From NCBI GenBank assembly GCA_028023455.1, contig JAQFVV010000003.1:24614001-24678000 (forward strand): DNA of 64,000 nucleotides, written 5' to 3'. Made by a program: the position numbers and the translations under genes. Position 1 is the first letter of the stretch, and the number at the start of each line of letters is the position of its first letter. This DNA comes from Epiperipatus broadwayi (lineage: Eukaryota; Animalia; Onychophora). Below, in pieces: positions 1 to 12,100 of this stretch. Below the pieces are notes generated by a model. That model saw only the letters and a list, made by a program, of their open reading frames with translations. It had not been told where the DNA came from and did not search any database.

Positions 1-324
1 TCTTTTCCTTTACTTTTTTTATTTTACAACCTTTTGAATAACATTTAATTAAGCTTAAGGAATTTTCTACAGCAGATTTTAATTCTAGATCAGGGGCCGA
101 CAACCTATGGCACCCGTGCCATGCTTGGCACGTAAACGATTATCATGGCACTTGGAATAAATTGAAATAGTAAAATATATATATATTAATTTCAGCGTCT
201 TTTTTTTTTTTGTTTTTACATTCAATATTGAATTTACAATTAAATCATTATTTATTAGAAAATAATACACTTGAGTTCATTTAAAAGATATTTTTGTTTA
301 CAAGCAGAAAAAAAATTCTATATA

Positions 325-1630
325 CACCCGGGTCTCATTTTATGCAGATTTATTTAATGCGATTTTGAAGTTATGCGATTCATGTTTTTTCTTAATACCT
401 TTGTATGCGGTTTTCTTTTATGCGCTAAAAATTATTAGATCAGAAGTCGAGCTCCGATAATGCGCTATTATTTTAAATATTAAAAATTTTCGCGCACTCA
501 CGTCATATTTAAAGTAATAGTGCATTATCGGAGTTCGACTTCCATCTAATAATTTCAATATTTTAAGCGCTTTATAATAGTACTGTAATAGATTTTATGC
601 AATAAAGAAGTTCATAAGTCATTTAAAATCAGAATTTCCCCATTTTACATACATTAAATTTTACAAGATTATAATGTAAATCTGTTTAAACATTATAGAT
701 GAAAAATAGTATGTATGATGTTGTTTTTGCATTTTAAATTACGTTCTATTTTTGCTTTTTAAAAAAAGAGTACGTAATCAATTAATCATTTAGTGTCCGC
801 AAGTTTATTTTTAAAAGGTGAGTAACAGCGGTGGCACAATTAAATTTGACAATTAAAATCTGATTTTTAATTGTAATTAACAATTTAAAAATTATGTAAC
901 GTGATCTGAAATTAAGGTGATGAAATTTGATTTTTAAACGGAATTGAAAATTAAAAAATTAAAGACAAAAATAAGAATTTAATTTTTAATTGTTTTAATT
1001 AAATTTTGCCCAACAGTGGTGAGTCGGTGTCTTTTTATTATCGTAAGTCTAAGTTCTTATTTTTATTTTAAACTTTTAGTTTACTCTAATGGAGAGAAAA
1101 AAACACCCAAGAAAATGAATTTCTTTGTAAACAAAAATTTCAATTTTAGATCGCTTAGCAAAATGGGAAGGATCAACAGCGATTGGAAAATGTTTTAGTT
1201 GTATTTCCTCTTGACTTCATTTAAGGAGAAGCTACAGTACCTCACATCACATCATGACGAATCTGATGTCTCAAATAGCGATAATAATTAAAATACCGTA
1301 CATGTATGAAAAAAATGTAAATTACGCATAAAAATATATTGTTTTGAATAAAATTAAATACTGTAGTTAATAAAAAAAGTAAAAAAAGTTTGTCTTGTAT
1401 CAATTTTTTTCAAATTTGAAATTTTTTATTAGTCATATTTTATTTTCTTATTTTTTTTTATGTGAATTTTAAAGTAATTTTACATTGTTGCTTTGCTTTT
1501 ATGCGATTTTTGGAAAATTAGAGTACGTATCCCCCATTTTTCAAGGTAAGTTAAGTCTGTATTTTTGTGCGACTTCTTTTGTGCGCATTTTCTGAGGAAC
1601 CTATCTACCGCATAAAACGAGACCCAGGTG
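325..1630 (+). mobile_element. Non-autonomous pogo/Tigger-like (Tc1/mariner superfamily) element, copy 1, nested in the hAT
   Basis: TIRs cacccgggtctcattttatgc (325-345) and gcataaaacgagacccaggtg (ending at 1630), flanked by TA at 323-324 and 1631-1632. There is no ORF. The superfamily call is inferred from the TA TSD. Confidence 0.75.
424..592. repeat. Small foldback insertion inside pogo-like copy 1
   Basis: Inverted arms aaattattagatcagaagtcgagctccgataatgcgctatta / taatagtgcattatcggagttcgacttccatctaataattt. Flanked by TTTTATGC at 416-423 and 593-600. It is absent from copy 3. Confidence 0.75.
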
Positions 1631-1793
1631 TAATCACATTTTACTTCTGATAAAATTAAAAAATGAGATCGTAATCCAAATAAAAAGCTTATTATGTAAT
1701 CAATTCTAGAAAGCTATTTTCAGTAGTTGAATGGTAAATAATCGACACTCATTGGTGGCGCTTTTTTCAAAAAACAAAACAAAACTTAGAGTT

Positions 1794-1886
1794 GGGAATG
1801 GAAAATAAAATGGCTAACAAGATTTTCTGGATATAATTGCTGAGAGATTCCTGACTCCGTTTAAGGAGAAGCCATCATCACATCTC
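1794..1886 (+). mobile_element. LINE 3'-UTR fragment with (CATCA)-like tail inside the hAT
   Basis: Aligns with the 3' UTR of the LINE at 57708-57808 (gggaatg.aaaataaa.tggctaaca...tgact.cgtttaaggagaagcca...catcacatc). Confidence 0.7.
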
Positions 1887-1914
1887 ATGGCATAGTGACT
1901 GAGAAATTCTCAAA

Positions 1915-3710
1915 ATGTCCCACAAAAGATTAAAACATGATATTCACTCTTTTCAAGACTCTTATACAAATGAATATGAATTTGTACAGCAAAAAGATTG
2001 TGCTATGTGTACATTATGCTGTGAAAGTATTGTATGTAGTACCTCAAGTGTACTAAACATTATCAAACTAAACATGTGATCTTATTTAAAAACTCAGATG
2101 AGAAAAGAGCTGATTCTTCCTTTAAGAAACAAACTAATTATTTTAGTCTATAATTGGAAACCAAAATAAAGCCATGGAATGTAGTTATACAGTTGCTCAT
2201 TGTGTGGCTTTGAAAGGCAAACCTTTCACAGATGGACAGTTCATCAAAGAAACATTTTTGAAAAATGTTGAAATCTTTTTCAGTGATCTACCAAATAAAC
2301 AAAGGATACTGTCTCCAATTCAAGAAATACCAGCTTCTGCAAGATCAATTCAAAGAAGAATAACTGACATGGCCAAAAACATAACAACAAAAGAGAAAAC
2401 CAAGCTGTTTTATTCAGTGTTGCTGTTGATGAAAGCATCGATGTAAATGATGTGGCACACCTAGCAATAGTTACATGATATTGTGACAACAATCATATTT
2501 ATGAAGGATTGTGTTGCTTGATTCCTCTTACTGGTACAACAAAGGGACATGATATTTTCACTGCATTTTTTAATTATTTTGAAAATCAGAAAATCAAAAT
2601 AAATAAAATATTTAGTGTTACTACTGATGCCAGCTGTGTTGGTCAGAAAGGAAAAGGGATTTGTTAAACTTCTTGAAAATCATATTAAACATTGAATATT
2701 GAGTTTCCACTGCATTATACACCAGGAAAATTTAGCTGCAAAAATCTCATCACAGTGCTTGACTTCTGTAATGGACACTGTCAGTAAAATAATTAATTTC
2801 ATAGTTTCTCATTCTTCATTAATACATAGGCAATTTAAATCCCTTTTGCAAGAAATGAGTAGTACATATATAGACCTTTCTCTATACGGCAATGTTCATT
2901 GGATTAGTCGAAGTAATGTCTTAAACAGGTTTGTATCATGTCTGAAAGAAATCAAGATGTTTCTTGATGAAAAAGAACAACATTATCCAAAAATAAATGT
3001 TGAAGACTGGTTATGCAAATTGATGTTTCTGACCAATATAACTCAACACCTGAATGAGTTAAACTTGCATTTGCAAGGGAAGGGTCAAACAGTACTAGAA
3101 CTTTTTGAATATTAGACAGGATTTGCTTCAAAATTAGCTATATTTTGGTGTGATATTACCACTAACACCTACAAGTACTTTCCAAATGTAAAGACCCATA
3201 CAAATCAGTTTAGCATTAACAAAGATGAACTTTAAAAATACATTGAAACTCTCAGAGAAGAATTTTCCAAACAATGTGAAGACTTCCAAATACACACCCT
3301 CATTTTTTCTTTCCTCATCAAACCTGACTTAATTGATTTAACACTTTTTGAGAGGATGGATATTGATAGTTTTGAAATGGAATTAATCAAATTAATGACA
3401 TCAGTAAACTAAATTTGTAGAATTGCAGAAAACTCTCGAAGGGAACTGTCTAGAAAAGTCAGCTGTCATTCTCAATTGTTGGATATCATTACCTGAAAGA
3501 TTTAATTCTTTGAAAAAAATTGCTTGTACGGCATTTGGTTCAACTTACTTATGTGAACAAATTTTCTCACATATGAAAAATATTTTGAGTTCACAAAGAA
3601 GTTGTCTAATACCTGAACATTCAGAAGCATGCGTGAAGCTAAAAGTGACCAATTACATATCTGACATTAAGCAATTGAGCAAAGAAGTATAAGGGCAATG
3701 TTCACATTTA
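1915..3710 (+). pseudogene. Frameshifted hAT transposase (GTF2IRD2/ZBED-like)
   Basis: The ORF pieces 2174-2446, 2699-3115 and 3423-3692 carry KGKPFTDGQFIKE, SFHCIIHQE, HWISRSNVLNRF and FGSTYLCEQIFSHMK. Multiple stops and frameshifts. Confidence 0.9.
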
Positions 3711-6610
3711 TTTATTTTAATAATAAAAAATGGCTAATCATATTAGAATTCATATTTTTTTCTTATGTAAATTATATATTTTGTATAGGTTAAAAGTTGT
3801 AATTTATAATTTGTAATATAATTTTTAATAAGCATGTTAAAAATTACAAATTTAAAAAAAGGTACTTTTCACATGATTCTAAGTATTTTAAAATATTGAA
3901 TGACCAATAATATAAGATCCAGTTATAATGGACTTCAAAAGTATATATTATATAGTAGTGTATATTATATACTATATATATATAACTTTGAAGCCCATTA
4001 TAACTGAACCAATTTTGATAATATAATATAATAAAGTTGGTAAAATCATGTCGGCACACAGAATAACACACTACTAAAAGGTTGCTGACCCCTGTTCTAG
4101 ATCATTATCTTTCCATCCACCATCAATATTGCACCAAGTTTTAATATATATTTTTGTTGAAAACAAAGATCATATTCGATAAATCAACATAATTATTATC
4201 TTGAAATTGACTTTTGAAGCATTTATTATACAAAAAGTTAATTTTTATCAAAACACATTTTTTTATAATATTGATTAAATGACACCTGACAGTCTTGGTT
4301 ATGCACATTAATTAAATGATTTAAACTTTTTAAATATCTTTTTTTTCTTTTTCAAATATATATTACATATAGTATTCATGGACAACTTGCAACACTTATT
4401 AACTTTTATTTGGCAACAATTTGGATATACTTTTAACATTCTACAGTTATATAAAACTGCAATCTACATTTTAAGTCTATTATTTTCAAAGTTGCCTTTC
4501 TCCATTCTTTTATAATCCACATTTCATTTCTCATTAAATTCCATTGATATATATGTAATGACATTTTTACTTGATATCCATGTTTCTTTGAAGTTATATA
4601 TGTAATCTTGTAATTAAATATTAATAAATACAGTAACATAAATATATATAAAGTATAACTTTAAAAACTTTTATCCACCATATATATGTAAACAGTTAAA
4701 ATAAATGGATAACTCCATGTAATAACTAGAGAAAAATGTCCAGCAATAATGATAATAAACAACCATCAATTAAAATTGACAGGCCCAAATTGATTCATGT
4801 GTTCTTTCAAACTATAGTAGCTTTTGTTGAATTTTACTAACGATAAAAAACTGCTTTTTTCCAGTATCCACAATGTTATATAATTAGTTTCCAATCAGTA
4901 ACCACCTAAACATTCACAGTAAATATAGCAACCAATATCTCTAATGTTATATGGACTCAAAAAACCAGGCAGCTATTTTAAAATGTATGAGAAGCATGCC
5001 ATCTTCTATGCAGACCTGTAACTATATAATCTCCCCATAAAATTATTTAACATATATGTATATGAATAGGGTTTTAAACCACAGAGAATTATTAAAAATG
5101 ATTCAAAGGGTTTGCAAGAAGGCTACTCATTTCTGTAATAGTTTGATTGGAAGTTAACTCAGGAATAAATATTGTTGATTCATTTTACCTGGTTGATTAG
5201 AAGAATCGTTAGTGCCATTTTACTTGATGTGCATCATGATTAATCAGTTGTTTGGAAATAATAATAGAGAAAGTGAGTTTTTTAAATGATCAGTATATTT
5301 GATTTAACTTCACTTGCTTAGTTCATTTTGTATCATCAAACATTTGAGAGATGAAAAAGTGTGGCAACGTTCAAGAGAATTAAGAATTGTAAAGTTTTAA
5401 AGTGATCAAATTTGATAATTGAAAGTGAGAATTTGTATATTATTGCATGGCTTCATAATAATATTTGTAGTTGTAATTGCAAAAAAGGTGGGCAATATGA
5501 CAATTGATGTGACAGTAACTAGATGAGCACATACATAAAAAATAAAAAGCTGAGTTGAATTTTAAATAGTGGTGTTTTTTATTTATTTAGGGAGTTGGAA
5601 AATTTGTATGAAAACTGAAGTTTTTTTTTCAGGAGTTATTTTTTGGGTAGAGAGTAAAGCAAGGTCCAGATGAAATTGATTGAGAGAATCATAAATGTCT
5701 ATAGGCAGGAGCAGCTCATAGTTCTGTTTTGTTGCCCTCCCTTTTAGTTGTTGGTAATTAAAATTATGATTTTATAAAAGATATATAAATATGTGTGGTC
5801 TTTTGTGTTTCAATTGACTTTTCTAATTTTTCTGTTTTGCTATTTTAATGCTTTCCCTCATATCCATTGCTTTTATGATACCTAGAATCAATTCTGCTTA
5901 TAAACATTAAATCTATAATCTGTTTTACTGCACAAAGTAATGTTTAAAAAGAAAGAAATGAATAATTGCTTATAAAATATATTTATTACACAGAAGTTAG
6001 CAATTGTAAATAAATAAAATATTAAAAGGAAATAAAAACAGTTTGTACATAATTTCATAATTATATATATTGTTAGAATGCCATTCATTTGATTTTCTAT
6101 GATTCAAAACTTTTATCATCTAGAAAAATTGCAAGATGGGAGGAATTTTTGAATTTTCACAATTGCCAGACTTTGTTTTTCGTAGCATGAATTATAATTT
6201 ACTTAAATAACACTTTTTTTAAAATTTAATCATGAATACACATAAAAATAAATAATAGAGTGCAGAAAGTAAATTACAATTTTATTTTCTCATATCTTTA
6301 CATAAGAATTTGTCATAATAAACTCATTATTTTAAAAAAATAACTAATCACTATAATATATATTTTTTCAGATATTATAGTTATTTTTTTAAATGTCTAT
6401 ATATTAAATGTTGGTCATTTCACAATAGAATGCTTATATCATGAAAGCAATATATCTTTCTCATCGATAAAGTAGCATGTTAAATCCAAATTGGGGGGGG
6501 GGGTATTTATTATTCAATTGAAAAACCTTTGATCACATACTGTGATAAACTGCATCAAAAATAAATTGAAAAATGTGCACTATTATTTAATAATTTTCTA
6601 ATAATAGTAT

Positions 6611-6730
6611 TGGTAAGCCATTGATGTCAAAATATATTCTGTCATAAATGTAAATATTTTCACCCAAAATTGGTAAGCCATTGATGTCAAAATATTTTCT
6701 ATCATAAATGTAAATATTTTCACCAAAAAA
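6611..6730. repeat. Two-copy 60-bp tandem duplication
   Basis: tggtaagccattgatgtcaaaatat.ttct.tcataaatgtaaatattttcacc occurs at 6611 and again at 6671. Confidence 0.9.
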
Positions 6731-6986
6731 AAAACGGAGAAAAAGAGAAATTAAAGTTTTATTCATTATATAATTAAAAAAAACTTTGATCATATATAAG
6801 AATAAATTGCAACAAGAATATATTGAATATTATTAGAATTAATTAACTTAATTTTTACTTGATTAGACATTATCTTCATAATTATAATAGAACTGCTTAT
6901 ATAATTTCATAATGAATAAAAAATGTGACAGTTACTGAAAAAAAAAAAGAAGAGGCTTATTTATTTTGTAAAAGAAACAGTGATCA

Positions 6987-7257
6987 TATTTTCGTCTGAA
7001 GATTTGTGTTGATGGTAAATTATTAGATGTGATATGTTGTATTATTTCCATCATCATGTATGAGTGAATAATTGAATGTATAGAAAATTTTAAACTTTAC
7101 TTAAACTTTCCAAATACAAACAACCTGTTTTGTCTATTTGTGTGTTATTACTAACAAGTTGTTTGTATTTGGAAAGTTTAAATAAAGTTTAAAATTTTTT
7201 ATACATTCAACATTCACTCATACATAGATGATGAAAATAGTCAAACATATCACATCT
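6987..7257. mobile_element. Asymmetric foldback element, copy 1
   Basis: About 40 nt of unique sequence followed by a hairpin of about 230 nt (gatgtgatatgtt...aacatatcacatc). Flanked by AGTGATCA at 6979-6986 and 7258-7265. Confidence 0.75.
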
Positions 7258-7494
7258 AGTGATCACATAATACATTAAATGCATCAAAAATTAAATTAGA
7301 AAATGTACATTATGTTAACCTAAATTTTTTTGTTGTTGTTGTTGTCAGCCCTCTATGTCATTTGTTGTGATTTTTTTATAATATTTAGTGGAATATTTAA
7401 AATTAATAATGATAATAAACAGCTGCTCAAAAATGAATATGACATTCCATTTCCAAAAGAAGAGAAAAAAGAAAGGAGAGGGAATGAAAAAAAA

Positions 7495-8215
7495 AACTAT
7501 TCTAGAAGTGAGTTTTGTAATAAATACGTAACCAATCTGTGAACTACAAATTCGTCCACATATAAAACATGCTGATTTATTTTTCTGTTTGCATAATATT
7601 TTACGATATTGTCTTATAGTTTCTCTAGAAAGATAACTTTTTATATGAAATACTTCAATATCCTATTTTCCCAATGGAAATAATTGACATTGCACTTCTT
7701 TAAAATATCTTTGAGATAATCCTTATAATGTAGACAGAATTTATCTTTCATAAGAAATCCATGCTCAAGTTTACCATAATCTTCCATTGTTTATTTGTTC
7801 TACATGTTCAATCCAATAAGGTGTGATTTTGCAATAGTGGACTCGATTGTATCACATCCAGAAAGCTGAAGAATATATTGATTGGTTTTATGATTTTGCC
7901 ATTGTATTTTATGAAGCATCCTTAAATGAAAATTTTCTAACGCCTTTTATATTGCACTGATAGAGTGTTTGAGTTTATTATCCATACGATAAATTGAATA
8001 AAATAATAGCTCCATATGTAGCTAACTGTCTTTGTTTAATTTGTTTTTTGAATAATTTGTTAAAAATTAATTCTTTGTTGTGAATAAATTCTAAATAAAT
8101 ATAAATTTGTATTATTTGGCAAAAATTTTGGCCTTCCAGGTCTTAAATTTTGAAGTTATTTTTTTGTTGAATATCTGTTAATAATTGTAGTTTCATTACC
8201 AGTTATCAATATAAT
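7495..8215 (-). mobile_element. Decayed RTE-clade LINE, 3' part of ORF
   Basis: Minus-strand translation gives YKDYLKDILKKCNVNYFHWEN and CFICGRICSSQIG, which resemble the RTE/BovB C-terminal region. Many stops; boundaries are approximate. Confidence 0.6.
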
Positions 8216-8299
8216 ATGCTGTTCATAAATGTTGTACATAATACTCTTTTTTAATCTATTTAAACTAATAAAACTGCATATATATATATGTATTCTTAG

Positions 8300-8388
8300 A
8301 TGAGTCTGATGAAGAGGAAGAAGGTCCTAGTCGTAAACGACGTATGACTGAAAGAGCTGCAGAAGGATCTCTTCTTGAAGATGAAGAA
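8300..8388 (+). CDS. MCM2: MCM2 internal exon (first visible; acidic N-terminal region, xDESDEEEEGPSRKRRMTERAAEGSLLEDEE)
   Basis: Acceptor ttag at 8296-8299 and donor gtagaa at 8389. It splices in frame to [10 protein letters not shown] and matches the MCM2 N-terminal acidic/NLS segment. Upstream exons were not found in the window. Confidence 0.85.
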
Positions 8389-8463
8389 GTAGAATATATT
8401 ATTAATTACATATTTTTATTGTATTTCTTTAATACAGATTTATGAAGTTGATTTATTTTTTAG

Positions 8464-8638
8464 ATGGTTGAGAGTATTGAAAATTTAGAAGATACAAAAG
8501 GTCATACTATTCGTGAATGGGTTTCTATGTTGGGCCCACGTACTGAAATTTACAATCGATTTAAAAATTTTTTAAGGACTTTTGTTAATTCAAAAGGTCA
8601 AAATGTGTATAGAGAAGCCATCAAACAAATGTGTGAAG
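8464..8638 (+). CDS. MCM2: MCM2 exon ([41 protein letters not shown]...KQMCE)
   Basis: Acceptor tag at 8461-8463 and donor gtaata at 8639 (phase 1). The peptide is the MCM2-specific segment at the start of the MCM N domain. Confidence 0.95.
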
Positions 8639-8870
8639 GTAATAAATTAAATTATCTTTTAATTTTATTTTAACTACATTATATATTAATGACATCTATC
8701 TTTACCCATAGTCTTGATGATAGCATTACTATTCAGTGTTCACTGAATATTCCAGACTTATATAGATGTCACTACTATAATGTGGGAGACAAGTAATATT
8801 TTTTTAGCAAAAACAATTAGCGAGAAATTGTAAAGTTTTATATAATGTATTAATATATTTGAAATTTCAG

Positions 8871-8980
8871 CTAATAAAGAAAGTTTGGTTGTGGATTATA
8901 ATATTCTTGCCTTAGAGGAACAAGTTTTAGCATATTTTTTGCCTGAAGCTCCATCTGAAATTTTAAAAATTTTTGATGAA
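8871..8980 (+). CDS. MCM2: MCM2 exon ([37 protein letters not shown])
   Basis: Acceptor ttcag at 8866-8870 and donor gtaaga at 8981. The split codon G+CT gives Ala and keeps the frame. Confidence 0.95.
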
Positions 8981-9070
8981 GTAAGATATATTTATTTAGA
9001 TCTTACTATTTAAAATTCTAATGTATTGAAAGAATATTTTATTTTAATGTATGCACATCCTTATTTATAG

Positions 9071-9180
9071 GCAGCTAAAAATGTAGTATTGAGTATGTTT
9101 CCCCAATACGAACGGATTGCTAAAGAGATACACGTAAGAATTTCTGAGTTGCCTTTAGTTGAGGAACTCCGTTCACTTAG
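9071..9180 (+). CDS. MCM2: MCM2 exon ([37 protein letters not shown])
   Basis: Acceptor atag at 9067-9070 and donor gtaaat at 9181 (phase 2). Confidence 0.95.
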
Positions 9181-10929
9181 GTAAATATAATTTTATATAA
9201 TATTTATTGGAATTAAAACTTGGATTGTAATGATTATTTATGATTAAAAGTTTCCAAAGCATTATTTATTTTGCTTAAATAGTACTGTATTTTTTTCAAA
9301 TAATCTTAGCTATAATGAAAGCATTGAATAAAATCATTAAGCATTAAATAGTGATAAAATATATTTTTATAACTGATTTTTAGTTTTTGGTCTTTTTTAA
9401 ATAGAATGTTTTAATTTTAATTGTAACAATTTATTGGCTGCCTCTTTCTTATTCATCTTGTTATTCACCTTGAATTCAAAACCTTACTTTGTTTGAAATT
9501 AACTTAAATAATAGGATAAGAGTTTAGAGCTGATGTATAGGATGAGTTCAGTGAAAATATCTTTTATCAGAAGAGGTCAAAGCAATTTTGAAGATGTAAT
9601 TTCATTGCCATTTGTTAAACATTGATTTTTTTACATATGCTTACATTATAGCTTCTAGAATTGATGAAGCTCTGTTAGATTGCTTCAAATGATGAGTCAT
9701 TTTCATCTTGCAGGAAAGAAATTTAGTTATTTCTTACATATTTTATCATGTAATTCATTCACTATTGATTGTAAAGTTAAATGCAATCAAACATGTAATG
9801 AAGCATTGACCAAAAATAGGCGTTGAAATATTATTGCACAATTTTTGTCTTAAATGACCAAACAATATATTTTGAACTTACGAACTGCATTGAAAAAAAA
9901 ATTGTAGCTAATATACTTTCATAGCCCAGTTTCTATAAAATATGTTAATAAAAATATTGACGATTGATTTTATTATGATTTTTTTGATATGTTTCAACTT
10001 GAGGTAATTTTCTTCATTAATACTTTTAAAAGTAATTGAAATATACAATTTTCAGCTTCTGCAAATAGTAAATTTACTTTTTTTTTTTGCATAACTCAAA
10101 ATAGTGTAAGTTGGAAAAAAAAGTTTAATATCTTATTGTTATGTGGATATACATTATTATTTGAATAGTCATATTTCTAACAGTAAGTCTGCTGGTTTCA
10201 AGCTTTTATATAGATTTCAAAAAAGATAATAGCATCTCTTATATAATGCACAATCTTAACATATATATATACATTACAAACATTTTTAGCGTATATATAT
10301 ACATTAAGTCATTAATAAATAAAAAAGGCAGAATAATGCAGTTAGTAAAAAGTTAGTACAATAATAAATTGAGAGAAAGAGATGGTACATTTATATATGC
10401 ATGAAGTATACTATATTCGAATCTACACAGATATGTACATGAATGTGCTTATCCAATCATGGTTATTCCCTCACTTTTTTTAAAAAAAAAAAAAAAACAG
10501 CCTACTATTATTATTCTTTATGACCTTTTTTAAGCATAGCAAATTGTTGCATCATTAACTTTATGCTTTGTGGTTTTTTGAAACAAAATTTTTAATTTTT
10601 TTAATTCATGAATATAAATAGTTGTGCATGAGACAAGAGAATAACAACTTTGATACAGGCAAATATGGCAAACGTGAAATTTACAATTTTTATTAAAATT
10701 TTAATAATCAAAAAAAGATTTTACAAAATGACAAGAACCATAACTTTTTAGATTTAAGAATCACATAGAACAACCTAGATAGATTTTTGCGGGCCAAGAG
10801 TTCCTTCTGATTTTCTCCAATTATCATGGTCCACCTTGTACTTATTTCAGAGTAAAAATAATTACAGTACATTATGTAGTCAAATAATATATTCATTATC
10901 AAAAAAACAACAAAAATTCACTACCAAAT

Positions 10930-12100
10930 ATAAAGTGGAATCATGAAATACATTTAGTTGTCAAAGAGACTTGTATTGAATATTTAGTAATTTTGCACAG
11001 ATTTTTAAATAGTTGTTTGTGAATCAGGTATATTTATTATTAAAAATATAAACTCACATAGTTAGACAGAGTCAATAAATAATGTTAAATGTAATCTTTT
11101 TTAAATAAGGAATTTTTTTTTTGTCCTTTAAATTCCAAAATTGTTTGTTAGGATTTGAATTATACACTTTTAAGATTGTGTTGATTTTGAAATTTATTAT
11201 CCTCCATAGATTAAGAAAATATATGTCAAGTATATCTTCACCATTAACAATGCTAAACATGTAAAACATGAATCGGATAAATTCTTGGAAATATCTCTCA
11301 AATTTGGAATAAAGTCTTTATTTTTTTATAATATATTATTTTGTTGTATGTACTTATGTTTTATGACAATTCATCAGAAATAGTTTCGAAAATTTTCAAC
11401 TCATTCATCAATTGGAAAGTTATCAGCTTTAATTTTTTTAAAAATCTATTAACATAACCATCCAATCATGCAATTATATGTTAAATTCATTAAGAAGATT
11501 AGTTTTGTCAACAATGACAGCTAAAATCATCTGTCAAACATTATTCTAAGTTTAATGTATGTTTCATCATTTGATTTTAAAAAATCATTTATCTTTTATA
11601 GTAAATTTCTGAATTTTAGTAAAAACTTACCTGTCTTGATAATGATATCTGCAAGGTGTAACAGATTAATATAGTCATACTGATTTTGAGGTCTAAACAT
11701 TTTTTACTGAAGTCTTTTTCAAGTAAAGTTCACAATTGTCATGCTGATACCCATAATATTAAACATATCATTTCTCCAACAAAAGGTTTTTTGATAAATA
11801 ATGCAATGATATGAAAGAATATCTGGAAATCATCACCTTTGGTACCCATAGCCAAAATCCATTGATTTTTCCAGTCATTAACATACCTTTATAAATTGGA
11901 AGTTTTTTAATATTATAAATTGTTTTTTTTTTCCTATATATTTTTTGAAAGCATAATAAGCATCTTCAATTTGAGTTTTTCTTTATGTTAATAATTCCTT
12001 TTTTTAATATTTCTATCCTTAAAAACTATTTTTATAAAAATTATATTGATGGATTCATTTTATTAAACTTCAAGGAAAAACAAAGATAGTCAATAATGGT
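10930..12100 (-). pseudogene. Decayed Buster/SPIN-type hAT transposase
   Basis: The minus strand gives FPDILSYHCIIYQ and QFWNLKDKKKIPYLKK, plus a degenerate STYLCE-like segment. The ends were not located. Confidence 0.55.

Larger units (their letters stand above)
91..4094 (+). mobile_element. hAT DNA transposon (Buster/SPIN/GTF2IRD2-like) with intact ends
   Basis: Imperfect 16-bp TIRs: caggggccgacaacct (91-106) and aggttgctgacccctg (4079-4094), 13/16 match. Perfect 8-bp TSD TTCTAGAT at 83-90 and 4095-4102, with the nnnTAnnn pattern typical of Buster-clade targets. Confidence 0.93.

Noticed and set aside
820-1022. Possible further insertion with weak inverted ends inside pogo-like copy 1
   Set aside because: The end similarity is too weak and there is no clean empty-site comparison.
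6611-6730. Direct repeats as a possible CRISPR-like array
   Set aside because: Two adjacent 60-bp copies with no spacers in a eukaryotic intron: a simple tandem duplication.
11631-11692. Apparent minus-strand exon with a CAG|GTAAGT donor
   Set aside because: It lies within the hAT transposase relic, so the splice-like signals are probably chance.
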